Positions 55,057 to 64,000 of a DNA stretch of 64,000 nucleotides are shown in pieces. The DNA is from Candidatus Multivoradales bacterium (GTDB lineage Bacteria; Acidobacteriota; Thermoanaerobaculia; Multivoradales; JAHEKO01), in contig CBDCVR010000015.1 of NCBI GenBank assembly GCA_965223155.1, positions 384,001-448,000 on the forward strand, given 5' to 3'. A program made the translations under genes and the position numbers. The notes under the pieces are model-generated. The model searched no databases. It had not been told where the DNA came from and was given only the letters and a program-made list of their open reading frames with translations. Each line of letters opens with the position of its first letter. Positions within the stretch are counted from its first letter, which is position 1.

Positions 55057-58000
55057 CGGCGGATCATACTCCAGCCCAAAGCAGCGCCCCGGAGCCGCGG
55101 CCGCCGCTCTATCTGGTCGCCACCTCCCACCTCGACACCCAGTGGCGCTGGTCGATCCGCACCACCATCCGGCACTTTCTGAAGAAGACTCTGCTCGACA
55201 ACCTCGAGCGCATGCGCACGCATCCGGGCTACGTGCTGAGCTTCGAAGGCGCCTTCCGCTACCAGCTGGCCCAGGAGTACTACCCCGATCTCTTTCTTCG
55301 TGTGCGGCAGGCGGCCGCATCCGGGCGCTGGCGCGTCGCCGGCAGCATGCTCGACGCCCCGGACACGATCCTGCCGGCACCCGAAGCGCTCATCCGCCAC
55401 ATCCTCTACGGCAACGGGTACTTCGAGGCCACCTTCGGCCGGCGCAGCGTCGACGTCTTCCTGCCCGACTGTTTCGGCTTCCCGTGGAGCCTGCCGACCC
55501 TTGCCAGGCATTGCGGCCTCCTGGGTTTCTCGTCCCAGAAGTTCATCAAGTGGTTCGCTCCCAAGAAGCTGCCTTTCGACATCGGACGCTGGCGCGGCCC
55601 GGACGGCAGCGACATCGTCGCCGTGCTCCATCCCGGCGGCTACGGCGAGCCCCTCCGCGACCTCGAGGATCCGGCCGGCCCCGACTCGTTCCCCGAGCTC
55701 GACCGCGACCCCGAGCTTCCTACCTATCGCTACTTCGGCGTCGGCGACCGTGGCGGCGCTCCGGACGCCGCCTCGCTTGACCGAATCGAGCGAGCCCGGC
55801 GCGGCAGGCTCCGAACCGGCGCCCGGCCGCTCGTTCACACCGGCTCGGACCAGTTCTTCCGGGATCTGGATCCAGGCGTCCGGGAGCGCCTGCCGGTCCA
55901 CGACGGCGAGCTCCTACTGCCGACCCACGGCACCGGCTGCTGGACGTCGCACGCCATCTTGAAAACCTGGAACCGCCGCTGCGAGGGGCTGGCGCTGGCG
56001 GCAGAGCGCTCGGCCCTCCTCGCCTCCTGGCTGGGCGGCCCGGGCTATCCGGACACGGAGCTCCGTTCGGAGTGGACACGCTTCCTCTGGCACCAGATGC
56101 ACGACGATCTGACCGGCACCAGCGCCCCCGAGGCCTACCGGTTCTCGTGGAACGATCTCCTGGTCGCCCAGAACCGTCTGGGGCGCATCCTCGCGGACTC
56201 GGTCCGAGCCGTGGCCCGCGGCCTCGACACGCGGACCGCCGGCATTCCGGTCGTGGTCTTCAATCCGCTGCCGGTCGAGCGCGACGAGACGCTCGAGCTC
56301 GCGGTCCGAGACCTCGAGGCGGGCGTGGAGTACTCAGCCGTGGATCCAACCGGCGGCACGTGGCCCTGCCAGGTCGAGTCGAGCCCCGAGGGCAAGCCAC
56401 GGCTTGTGGTTCGAGCCCGGCTCGCACCGTTGTCGGTGAGCGTCTTGGAGATTCGGAAGGGCAATCGTCTGGACGGACCAGAGCCGGACCGCGAAGAGCT
56501 CGACGCCGGCAGCGGCCACCTAGAGAACTGGAAGTATCGGATCGAGCTCGACGGCGCCGGCGGCCTCGACGTCTTCGACAAGCAACTGGGTCGCCGGCTT
56601 TTCGAGAGCCCGCTCGATCTCGTCCTCCTTCCCGACCGTTCCCGGCGATGGCCGGCCTGGGAGATCCTGCGTGGAGATCTTGGCGCCCGGGAGCGGCTCC
56701 TGGACGGGCCAGCGACCGCGCGCGTCGTCGCCGCCGGACCGGTTCGGGCGGTTCTCGAGATCGAACGGCCCTCGGGACCGTCTCGCTTTCGCCAGCGGCT
56801 CACTCTCGCCGCAAGCTCGAGCTCCCGGCGCTTCGACCTCGACACCTGGATCGACTGGCGGCACTCCAGCACGCTGCTCAAGGCGCGCTTCGCGCTGGCC
56901 GCCGGCGGCACGAACGGCACCGAACCGGCGGCCACCTACGATCTCGGCGTGGGCGCCATCCAGCGTGGGGTCAACGAGCCAGGCCGTCACGAAGTCCCGG
57001 CCCAGGACTGGGCGGATCTCTCATGCGGCGACGCCGGCGTCTCCATCATCGCTCCGACCCGGTACGGATGGGATCGGCCGGCCGCCAACGTTCTCCGCCT
57101 CAGCCTACTGCGGGCACCGGCGGCGCTGCGCCGCTTCGCCCACCAGGCCACTCAGGACCGGGGCCGGCACCACGTCCCGATCTCGGTCCTCGGCCACGGC
57201 GGCGACTGGCGCCGGGCTGGCACCGTGGCCGAGGCCGAGCGCGTGGCCCAGCCCGCGGTCGCCTTCGTAGCCGAGTCCCATCCTGGCCCGCTCGGGCGCT
57301 CGGTGTCGCTCCTCGAGCTGGAAGGGACCAACGCCGCGCTCATGGCGCTCAAGCAGGCCGAAGACGGCAACGGTTGGACCGCGCGGGTGCGCGAGACCGC
57401 GGGGACCGGCGGCGAGGTCCGGCTCCGGAGCCCGGGCCGGCCGGACCCCGACATCCTGGAGCAACTTTCCGGAGCGGAGACGGCGGTCGCGACCGAGCAA
57501 CCGCCGGCTGCACCAACGACAGAGAGCTCGCGCGGTGCCGAGGACGACGAACCCTCGGCCCAGACCCGAACCGCCGCGCCGATCCGGCTCGGAGCCTTCG
57601 CGCTCGAGACCGTGCGCCTGCGGCCGCCGGCACCCGCCGCCAAGCTCTCCCCGGCGCGTGTGGAGCCGCTGGAGCTGCCCTTCGACCACTGCGTGGCGTC
57701 TTGGCACCAACCTGGGTCCCGCGCCAGCCCATGCGACTTCGACGGCCGCGGCCGCTCCTGGCCGGGCGAGCTCATGCCCGCCGAGATCCGTTGCGGGGAG
57801 ACGCGCTTCGTTCTGGGCCCCTGGGCGCCAGGCGCGCCGGCCGCCCTCGCTTGCCGGGGCCAGAGGCTCGCTCTCCCGGGCGAAGGGTTCCGCACACTGG
57901 CGTTTCTGGCCTGCAGCGTCGATCCCGGCGGCAGCCTCCTCGAGCTGGAGGTCTCGGGAGGCGTCCAACCGTTGCGAGTGCCCTACTACTCAGGCTTCTT

Positions 58001-58358
58001 GGGCCAGTGGAAGCGCTACTCGGGCCGCCTCGGATTCCTGCTGCGCCGGATCCGCCCCGGCTACCTCGAGCGGGCTCCGGTCGCCTGGCTCGCCAGCCAC
58101 CAGCACACAGCGACCGTCCGCGACGAGGTCTACACCTACTGCTATCTGTTTCGCTTCGAGGTGCCCCTCGAAGCGTCGGACAGGGAGATCGTGCTGCCCG
58201 AGGCGCCGGACGTGCGTCTCTTCGCCGCCACCGCCTCCGATATGGCATTCTCGCGCCTCGAAGCCGCCACCGTGGACCCCGCCGACACGCTCCCCGCCGG
58301 CTCGACGCCGGGAGCCGCCCGCGGAGCAAGCCCGGATACCGAACGCGAACCCTCATGA
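55044..58358 (+). CDS. Glycoside hydrolase family 38 alpha-mannosidase
   Basis: SHLDTQWRW (Zn ligands), FLPDCFGF (nucleophile Asp), WRGPDGS, QMHDDLTGT, VFNPL, HEVPAQDWAD. No signal peptide seen. Confidence 0.92.
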   Translation: MTRASADHTPAQSSAPEPRPPLYLVATSHLDTQWRWSIRTTIRHFLKKTLLDNLERMRTHPGYVLSFEGAFRYQLAQEYYPDLFLRVRQAAASGRWRVAGSMLDAPDTILPAPEALIRHILYGNGYFEATFGRRSVDVFLPDCFGFPWSLPTLARHCGLLGFSSQKFIKWFAPKKLPFDIGRWRGPDGSDIVAVLHPGGYGEPLRDLEDPAGPDSFPELDRDPELPTYRYFGVGDRGGAPDAASLDRIERARRGRLRTGARPLVHTGSDQFFRDLDPGVRERLPVHDGELLLPTHGTGCWTSHAILKTWNRRCEGLALAAERSALLASWLGGPGYPDTELRSEWTRFLWHQMHDDLTGTSAPEAYRFSWNDLLVAQNRLGRILADSVRAVARGLDTRTAGIPVVVFNPLPVERDETLELAVRDLEAGVEYSAVDPTGGTWPCQVESSPEGKPRLVVRARLAPLSVSVLEIRKGNRLDGPEPDREELDAGSGHLENWKYRIELDGAGGLDVFDKQLGRRLFESPLDLVLLPDRSRRWPAWEILRGDLGARERLLDGPATARVVAAGPVRAVLEIERPSGPSRFRQRLTLAASSSSRRFDLDTWIDWRHSSTLLKARFALAAGGTNGTEPAATYDLGVGAIQRGVNEPGRHEVPAQDWADLSCGDAGVSIIAPTRYGWDRPAANVLRLSLLRAPAALRRFAHQATQDRGRHHVPISVLGHGGDWRRAGTVAEAERVAQPAVAFVAESHPGPLGRSVSLLELEGTNAALMALKQAEDGNGWTARVRETAGTGGEVRLRSPGRPDPDILEQLSGAETAVATEQPPAAPTTESSRGAEDDEPSAQTRTAAPIRLGAFALETVRLRPPAPAAKLSPARVEPLELPFDHCVASWHQPGSRASPCDFDGRGRSWPGELMPAEIRCGETRFVLGPWAPGAPAALACRGQRLALPGEGFRTLAFLACSVDPGGSLLELEVSGGVQPLRVPYYSGFLGQWKRYSGRLGFLLRRIRPGYLERAPVAWLASHQHTATVRDEVYTYCYLFRFEVPLEASDREIVLPEAPDVRLFAATASDMAFSRLEAATVDPADTLPAGSTPGAARGASPDTEREPS

Positions 58359-59737
58359 CCTCCGAGCTCCTGGCCCTGTTCGAGTCTTTGGCGGGCGAGC
58401 TCCTGGCCGGCGAAGACGAGCGGCCGGTGGTCGCTCCCAGCCCGCCGGAGGCGCTCGAAGGCGACCTGGATCTGGCCCTGTCCGAACGGGGCCGGCCGGT
58501 ACCGGAGATCGTCGAGTCTCTGCGCCGGGTGCTGGCCGTCACCCCGAGGATCGCCAGCCGGCGCTTCTACCGCCTGCTCTTCAGCGGCCGGGACCCGCTC
58601 GCGACCCTGGGAGACTTGCTGAGCACGCTCGCCAACACACCGATGCACACCTATCGCGGCGGCGGGCCGCACGTGCTGATCGAAAACGAGGTGCTCGGCC
58701 GGATGCTCGAGCTTGCCGGCTTTTCCGAAGGCGAGGCGACCTTGACCGCGGGCGGCTCGCTCTCCAACATGCTGGCGGCGCTTCTGGCCCGGAACGAGGT
58801 CGCGCCGATCCGGGACGACGGGCTGGCCGGTGCGCCGCGCTTGACCGCCTACGCCTCGGAAGAGGCCCACTATTCGATCTCGGGATCCGTGGCCCACGTC
58901 GGCATCGGCCGGAACAACCTGCGCCGGATCGCGGCCGACCGGGGTGGCCGCATGGAACCGGCCGCCCTGGCGGAAGCTCTCGACCGGGACCGCGACGCGG
59001 GCGCGCGTCCGGCTCTGGTCGTGGCGACCGCCGGGACCACCCTGCGAGGAGCGTTCGACCCGCTCGAAGAGATCGCCGCCGTCACCCGCGAGCGCGGCGT
59101 CTGGCTGCACATCGACGCCGCCTTCGGAGCGCCCGTACTCTTCAGCAAGAGCCTGCGCCCGTTGATGGCGGGCTGCGAGCTGGCCGATTCGCTGACCTGG
59201 GACGCCCACAAGATGATGTCGGTCCCGCTGACCTGCTCGGCGCTTCTGGTCCGGCGTGCCGGCCGGCTGGCAGCCAGCCTGAGCGAGCCTGCCGAGTATC
59301 TCTTCGGCGGCGAGTGGCCGGAGGCCGACCCGGGGCGGCGCTCGCTCCAATGCGGCCGCCGCAACGACGCACTCAAGCTCTGGGTCGCCTGGCAGGCTCT
59401 CGGCGACCAAGGCTACGGCGAGCGCGTCGACCGCTACCGGCGGCTGGCCCAATACGCGGCCTCGCGGATCGAAGGGTCTTCGGACCTGCGCCTGGCCGAG
59501 CCTCCGGCCTCGACCATCGTCTGCTTCGAGGCGCCGGGCCGCTCGAGCGCCGAGATCGCCGCCCGGCTGGAGCGCGAAGAGCGCGTCGCTCTGGGCACGG
59601 CCCGCTTCGGCGGCAAGCTGTTCTTGCGGATCGTCTGCGTCAACCCGGAGATCGACGAAGGCGACCTGGACCACCTGATCGACGAGGTCCGTGCCGTCGC
59701 GAAGACGCTCCCCGAAGCCGGGGAGTCCGAGGGCTAG
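58355..59737 (+). CDS. Group II PLP-dependent decarboxylase (GAD/CSAD/aspartate decarboxylase-like)
   Basis: RFYRLLFSGRD, GGSLSN, AHYSI, TAGTTLRGAFDP, WLHIDAAFG, TWDAHKMM (PLP Lys), SLQCGRRNDALKLW; ATGA overlap with GH38. Confidence 0.9.
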   Translation: MTSELLALFESLAGELLAGEDERPVVAPSPPEALEGDLDLALSERGRPVPEIVESLRRVLAVTPRIASRRFYRLLFSGRDPLATLGDLLSTLANTPMHTYRGGGPHVLIENEVLGRMLELAGFSEGEATLTAGGSLSNMLAALLARNEVAPIRDDGLAGAPRLTAYASEEAHYSISGSVAHVGIGRNNLRRIAADRGGRMEPAALAEALDRDRDAGARPALVVATAGTTLRGAFDPLEEIAAVTRERGVWLHIDAAFGAPVLFSKSLRPLMAGCELADSLTWDAHKMMSVPLTCSALLVRRAGRLAASLSEPAEYLFGGEWPEADPGRRSLQCGRRNDALKLWVAWQALGDQGYGERVDRYRRLAQYAASRIEGSSDLRLAEPPASTIVCFEAPGRSSAEIAARLEREERVALGTARFGGKLFLRIVCVNPEIDEGDLDHLIDEVRAVAKTLPEAGESEG

Positions 59738-59742
59738 CCGCC

Positions 59743-60693
59743 ATGGCCGACGTCACCTTTCTCGTTCATCTCGGCAAGGAGTACACGGTGCGCGGCTATC
59801 TCAAGAGCTGGGCACCAGGCTCCGGGCACCGGATCGGCATCAGGCACTATCCCGGCCTCGCCCCGACCGCGACCGCGCCGGCCAAGCGGCTGCGCCAATC
59901 CTGGAGCCGGTACCGGTTCGCCGCCGCTCGGCCCGCGGACGCCGAGCTCGCGCGTCAAGACGTCATCGTCTTCTCGGACCTGGATCGCCTGCGCGACGGC
60001 GAGCGCGACCAGGCAGTCGATCTCTACGACGAGCTCGGCGGAAACCCCGCCGGGCCGAAGCTCCTCAACCATCCCCGGCGCTCGCTCGGCCGCTTCGAGC
60101 TCCTGGACGCGCTGTACCGCCAAGGCTCGAATCGCTTCGCCATCTACCGTCTGGAGACCCACCGGACACCGGCCCGCTTTCCGGTCTTCGTTCGCGCCGA
60201 GAGCGGACATGGAGGCATGTCGCCACTGCTCCACTCGCAAGCCGAGCTGGATCGCGTTCTCACGGAGTTGGAAGGTCGCCACGGCACCCTCGAAGGATTC
60301 TTGATGCTCGAGTACTGCGACGTCACCGGCAAGGACGGCGTCGCGCGCAAGTACGGCGCCTTTCGGGTCGGTGACGCCTTGATCGCCCGCCACATCCACT
60401 TCAGCCGCGACTGGGCGATCCGCGTTCCGGACATCAAAACCGAGCACTCAGCCCGGGAGGAGCTCGAGTACGTCCGGACCAATCCCCTCGCCGAGGAGCT
60501 CATGGCCGTTTTCCGCCTGGCCGGAGTCGAGTACGGGCGGGTGGATTTCGGCCTCCTCGACGGGGTCCCGCAGATCTGGGAGATCAACACCAACCCGATG
60601 ATCCTGGTCCCGGACGACGCCCGGGATCCGCTTCGGTTCGAAGCGCACGACTACTTCGCCCGCGACTTCGCGCGCGCGTTCGACACCCTGTGA
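59743..60693 (+). CDS. Putative ATP-grasp fold protein
   Basis: LLNHP, FPVFVRAESGHGG, MLEYC, RKY, YGRVDFGLLDGVPQIWEINTNP (D...E-x-N metal motif). Confidence 0.72.
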   Translation: MADVTFLVHLGKEYTVRGYLKSWAPGSGHRIGIRHYPGLAPTATAPAKRLRQSWSRYRFAAARPADAELARQDVIVFSDLDRLRDGERDQAVDLYDELGGNPAGPKLLNHPRRSLGRFELLDALYRQGSNRFAIYRLETHRTPARFPVFVRAESGHGGMSPLLHSQAELDRVLTELEGRHGTLEGFLMLEYCDVTGKDGVARKYGAFRVGDALIARHIHFSRDWAIRVPDIKTEHSAREELEYVRTNPLAEELMAVFRLAGVEYGRVDFGLLDGVPQIWEINTNPMILVPDDARDPLRFEAHDYFARDFARAFDTL

Positions 60694-61940
60694 CCCGCCC
60701 GAGCGTCCCCGATCCGCCCGCTTCGGCGCCACCGTCGCCGCCGAGCCGGTATTCGCGGCGAACGCTTCTCGCTCTCGCCGGCGCTCTGGGCGGGCTCTGG
60801 GGCCTCGACCTCGTAACGATGGGGGCGCCGCTTTCGGCCCAGCGCCGGCGGCGCAAGCCGGGTCGGCCCAAGCCGGGTCGATCTAGAACGGGTCGGTCCC
60901 AGACGTCCAAGAAGCGCCGGCGCCGGCCAGTTGCGGTGCCTCGCGTCTCGGGCGGCATCAACGTCCAGCCGATCCGCCGCTTCGGGCCCGACCAGGTGCC
61001 GGTCGACATCGACATCATCCCGGAGATCGTGGACCTTCAGCTCCAGGCTCTCTACGAGCTCGGTTTCGAGCAGATCCGGCTCACGTTGTCCTTCAGCGGC
61101 GACCACGGTGTGGACCTCCTGGCCGCCGTTCCCTACGTACGGGCGGCCAGAGCGCTCGGCATCGACGTCCTCGGCATCATCGGCCAGTTCGGCCACACGC
61201 ACGAGCTGGCGCGGACCCTCGCCGATTCGAGAAAGCGGCGAGTAGTGCTCGACGGCTATCTCGAGCTCTTCGCGGCGCCGGTCGAGTCCGCCGCCGCCGA
61301 TGGCAGCTCCGGGGCTCTAGCCTTCCAGATCTTGAACGAGCCGACCGCCTTCCACGGAATTCCGCCGGTCACTTACGTACGGTCCTTTCTGGCACCCTGC
61401 TTCGACCATCTCAAGATTCGGGACCCCGGGATCACTCTCGTCTCGGCCGCGCCCATCGGGCAGCAGGCGGGGGTGCTGCGCTTCCACGAGATGCTGGCCG
61501 CCGGTGTCGAGGCGGCCGCGGACGTCGTCGGCCTCCACGTCTACGACCGGCGCGTCCTGGCCGAGCTCGCCGGGCTGACCGCCAGGCCCGTCTGGATCAC
61601 CGAGTCCGGGGTCTTCGGCACGGACCTCCACCTGCCCTGGGTTCGCGACACCTTCCCGGAGATCCGGGAGCTCCTGCCGACGGCCGAGCGGATCTTCTTC
61701 TTCGAGCTCTTCGACCTCTTTCCTGGCGCCTACCGGATCCTCGACCTCGTCCAGGAGCCCGGTGGCGCCATCGTCGCCCGCATCGAGTCCCAGGCACTCT
61801 ACGACTACTACCGGAGTGAGGTCCAAGCGGCCAGCTCAGACCTCCGAACCCTGCCCTACCGATCCCTCATTCCCGACATCACGGCCTACTTTCCGTCGGA
61901 ACGGGACGCCGAAGTGGCCTCCCGGATGATCCGGGCGTGA
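60690..61940 (+). CDS. Tat-exported clan GH-A glycoside hydrolase (GH5-like)
   Basis: SRRTLL twin-arginine signal, QILNEP (acid/base), GLHVY, PVWITESG (nucleophile); GTGA overlap with the upstream gene. Confidence 0.75.
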   Translation: MTRPSVPDPPASAPPSPPSRYSRRTLLALAGALGGLWGLDLVTMGAPLSAQRRRRKPGRPKPGRSRTGRSQTSKKRRRRPVAVPRVSGGINVQPIRRFGPDQVPVDIDIIPEIVDLQLQALYELGFEQIRLTLSFSGDHGVDLLAAVPYVRAARALGIDVLGIIGQFGHTHELARTLADSRKRRVVLDGYLELFAAPVESAAADGSSGALAFQILNEPTAFHGIPPVTYVRSFLAPCFDHLKIRDPGITLVSAAPIGQQAGVLRFHEMLAAGVEAAADVVGLHVYDRRVLAELAGLTARPVWITESGVFGTDLHLPWVRDTFPEIRELLPTAERIFFFELFDLFPGAYRILDLVQEPGGAIVARIESQALYDYYRSEVQAASSDLRTLPYRSLIPDITAYFPSERDAEVASRMIRA

Positions 61941-63568
61941 GCCGATCCCCAACCGGAGGGAACCGGAACCGAGCCGGCGTTCTGACCCGCTTCGCGGGCC
62001 CGGACCGGGGCTCGACCTGGTACCGGACCGGGTTTCTGGCATGGGTCCTCACACTGGCCGCGGCGCCTGTCGCGGCCGCTGGGCCGGGCCGTTGCCCCAC
62101 TCCCGAGCCAGGCGCCCCAGATGTCGGGCAAGAAGCGCCACGGGCGCCGGAGAAGGACCGTCCGGAGCCGACGTATCCCTGGGTTCCCGGCCGGCCCTGC
62201 CTAGGCAACGACTGCGGCAGCCGTCTGGTGGATCTGGAGTTCGAGCTCGAAGTGCCGACCGAGGAGACCGAAACCCGGCTCCGGGCCCTGGTGCGCGATC
62301 GCCTCTACCTGAGCCTCGATCGGGCTCCGGGCCGGCGTGGCGCCTCTCTCATGACCGCGCGCTGGCACCTGGCCTGGACCGACGCCGACCGAGCCGATTT
62401 CGCCACCGCCTCCTACCGCGCCGGCCGCGTCCGCCTCGCGGCCCGGGCCACCCGGTTCGGCACGACGGGGAATGCCCGACCGAGCTGGGTTTCGCCGGCG
62501 CGGTCCGGCACCAAGGCGGGCTGGGGAACCGGGGCCGAGCTGGCGTGGAGGTTGAGCCCGGATCTGGAGCTTCTCTTCGACGTCTCCGACGACGAGCCCG
62601 ACCCGCTCTCGGATTCCGCCGAAGCGCTCGCCTCCAGGGCGTCGGGTGGGGGCATCGGCTTCGCCTGGCAGCGGGGGGCGAGCTTCGACCTCGAAGGGCG
62701 CTTGAGCCGGCACCGGGTTCGGACTCAAGCCGGATTCGTCTTGGACCGGGAGGACCTCGGCCTCGCGGCCCGGCTTCAGCGCCGGCGCTGGTATCTCGCT
62801 GGAGACGCTGGACTCGAATCGGTGGAAGGCCGGCTCCGGCGGCGGCAGGCCCGGATCGGCGCCGCGCTGGAGCACCGCGTCACCACCTACCTCGTCGCCG
62901 GAGCCGAGCTTCGCGGTTGGCACGACCTCGACCTCGGCACGGTCGAGCGCGCCATGGGGATGCGTCTCGTCCTCCACGCCCGGCCCTTCCGCTTCGCCCG
63001 GGGCGGCGAAGCCGCCGAGGCCACCACCGGGCTGGCGCGCGAGGCCTACAGGCTGGGGTTCAACGAGCGGCGGCGGCACGATCTGGAAGGGCGCCGGCTG
63101 CTGCGCGAACGGCTCTTGCTCGCCGCCCAGGCCTCCGGCTCTGCCGAGCTCAGCCGGCTTTCCCGAGAGCTCTACCGCGCTCAGGTCGCGGAGCGCAACG
63201 TCGAGATCGCCGGTCTGGCCTGGCGCCTCCACGCCGACAGGATCCAGGGCGGCAGGAGCTGGACGGTGGAAGGCTTCGTCGCGGTTCCGTGGATCGGCAG
63301 AACCCGTCCGGACGGGGCGGACCGGCGGCGGTTGCGGCACCCCGAGGCGGTCGACTTTCTGCGTCTCACGGTCGCTCGCACCCGGCGCCACATCTCGGCC
63401 GGCCTCACGACCGAAGGCACCAGCGCTCGACTCGCTCTGGCGCTCCACCGCGAGCTGGCGCTGACGCTGGATTGGGAGGAGCCGGCGCTTGCCGGCGTCG
63501 ATCTCGCCTTCGGCGCCGAGAGCTCAAGGCGGCTCTCGATCGGAGCCGTCTACCGGCAGGGGATCTGA
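61937..63568 (+). CDS. Secreted hypothetical protein, possibly an outer-membrane beta-barrel
   Basis: Signal peptide (LAWVLTLAAAPVAAA), alternating amphipathic strands, C-terminal LSIGAVYRQGI; GTGA overlap with the upstream gene. Confidence 0.6.
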   Translation: MSRSPTGGNRNRAGVLTRFAGPDRGSTWYRTGFLAWVLTLAAAPVAAAGPGRCPTPEPGAPDVGQEAPRAPEKDRPEPTYPWVPGRPCLGNDCGSRLVDLEFELEVPTEETETRLRALVRDRLYLSLDRAPGRRGASLMTARWHLAWTDADRADFATASYRAGRVRLAARATRFGTTGNARPSWVSPARSGTKAGWGTGAELAWRLSPDLELLFDVSDDEPDPLSDSAEALASRASGGGIGFAWQRGASFDLEGRLSRHRVRTQAGFVLDREDLGLAARLQRRRWYLAGDAGLESVEGRLRRRQARIGAALEHRVTTYLVAGAELRGWHDLDLGTVERAMGMRLVLHARPFRFARGGEAAEATTGLAREAYRLGFNERRRHDLEGRRLLRERLLLAAQASGSAELSRLSRELYRAQVAERNVEIAGLAWRLHADRIQGGRSWTVEGFVAVPWIGRTRPDGADRRRLRHPEAVDFLRLTVARTRRHISAGLTTEGTSARLALALHRELALTLDWEEPALAGVDLAFGAESSRRLSIGAVYRQGI

Positions 63569-63616
63569 CGCCGATAAGCCCCCAAGAGGCCGGGCGCAGC
63601 TGGCCTCTTCCGCCGC

Positions 63617-64000
63617 CTAGCCGTCCGGCCGTTCCCAGGTCTCGCTGCTGTCGTCGAAGGCGGGCAAGTTGATTTCCTGGCCCATGCGCGAGCGCACCCC
63701 GTACTCCCAGAGGCGGGCATACTTCAGAAACACCGCGGTCGCCTGGAGCCCGCAAACCACGAGCCCGTGGAGCCCGTCCAAGAAGCCCAACTGAAGAAAG
63801 TAGGTGCGCAGGAAGCGCCAGAGCGGGCGCGCCCCGATCTCGAGCAAGCCGGCGCTGCGCCCTTCCCGGAAGCCCTGGGCCGCGCCCCACTCGGCGTAGT
63901 TGAGCGTCTTCTGAAAGTACTGCTCGAACGAGCGGTAGGTGAAGTGCTCGAGCGACGACTTGAGGGTCGGCACCGGCCCTTCGATGTCCAGATCCGCGTG
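63617..64000 (-). CDS. GT2 beta-1,4-glucosyltransferase-like (WaaE/KdtX type), 5' end outside the window
   Basis: Frame is open to the window edge: HADLDIEGPVPTLKSSLEHFTY...RFLRTYFLQLGFLDG..G...FLKYARLWE. Confidence 0.85.
   Translation of the reverse strand, partial: HADLDIEGPVPTLKSSLEHFTYRSFEQYFQKTLNYAEWGAAQGFREGRSAGLLEIGARPLWRFLRTYFLQLGFLDGLHGLVVCGLQATAVFLKYARLWEYGVRSRMGQEINLPAFDDSSETWERPDG

Noticed and set aside
56072-59742. Giant 1221-aa and 1052-aa ORFs suggesting fusions or overlapping genes
   Set aside because: Their N-terminal parts are off-frame read-through over the GH38 and decarboxylase genes; the real starts are 58355 and 59743.
1-64000. CRISPR arrays, tRNA/rRNA genes, IS elements, diversity-generating retroelement or invertase systems
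   Set aside because: I saw no spaced direct repeats, RNA-gene signatures, transposase, recombinase or reverse transcriptase by eye; covariance-model scans were not possible.
9000-64000. Very frequent CTCGAG/TCGA words
   Set aside because: Explicable by preferred CTC-GAG (Leu-Glu) and similar codon pairs; enrichment cannot be shown without computation.

Overview
High-GC (roughly 68-70% by eye) Gram-negative bacterial DNA. The gene families suggest Acidobacteriota (Thermoanaerobaculia-like), but that is inference only. The window is mainly a ~55 kb cell-envelope glycan locus. It holds many GT2/GT4 glycosyltransferases, two priming phosphoglycosyltransferases, a WecG/TagA enzyme, Wzm/Wzt, rmlACDB, rfbF/rfbG with a sugar C-methyltransferase, a radical SAM/SPASM enzyme, three GT-C-like membrane proteins, an O-antigen ligase, PagL, tamB-tamA/bamA and tlyA-nadK. 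The left end has a minus-strand secreted-protein unit: an Ig-repeat adhesin, a secreted accessory protein, a Sec-exported phage-tail-fibre-like protein, and then a sulfatase-fold lipoprotein that the ORF track missed. This unit sits behind a near-consensus sigma70 promoter and a structured, terminator-containing 5' leader, and GC drops sharply inside the fibre gene. The right end has a tightly coupled five-gene operon: GH38 mannosidase, CSAD/GAD-like PLP decarboxylase, ATP-grasp ligase, Tat-exported clan GH-A hydrolase and a putative outer-membrane protein. The fibre unit and this operon are the best candidates for undescribed systems. I saw no rRNA, tRNA, CRISPR array or transposase. Many start codons were re-called by eye relative to the ORF track, and all family assignments come from motif recognition, not database searches.
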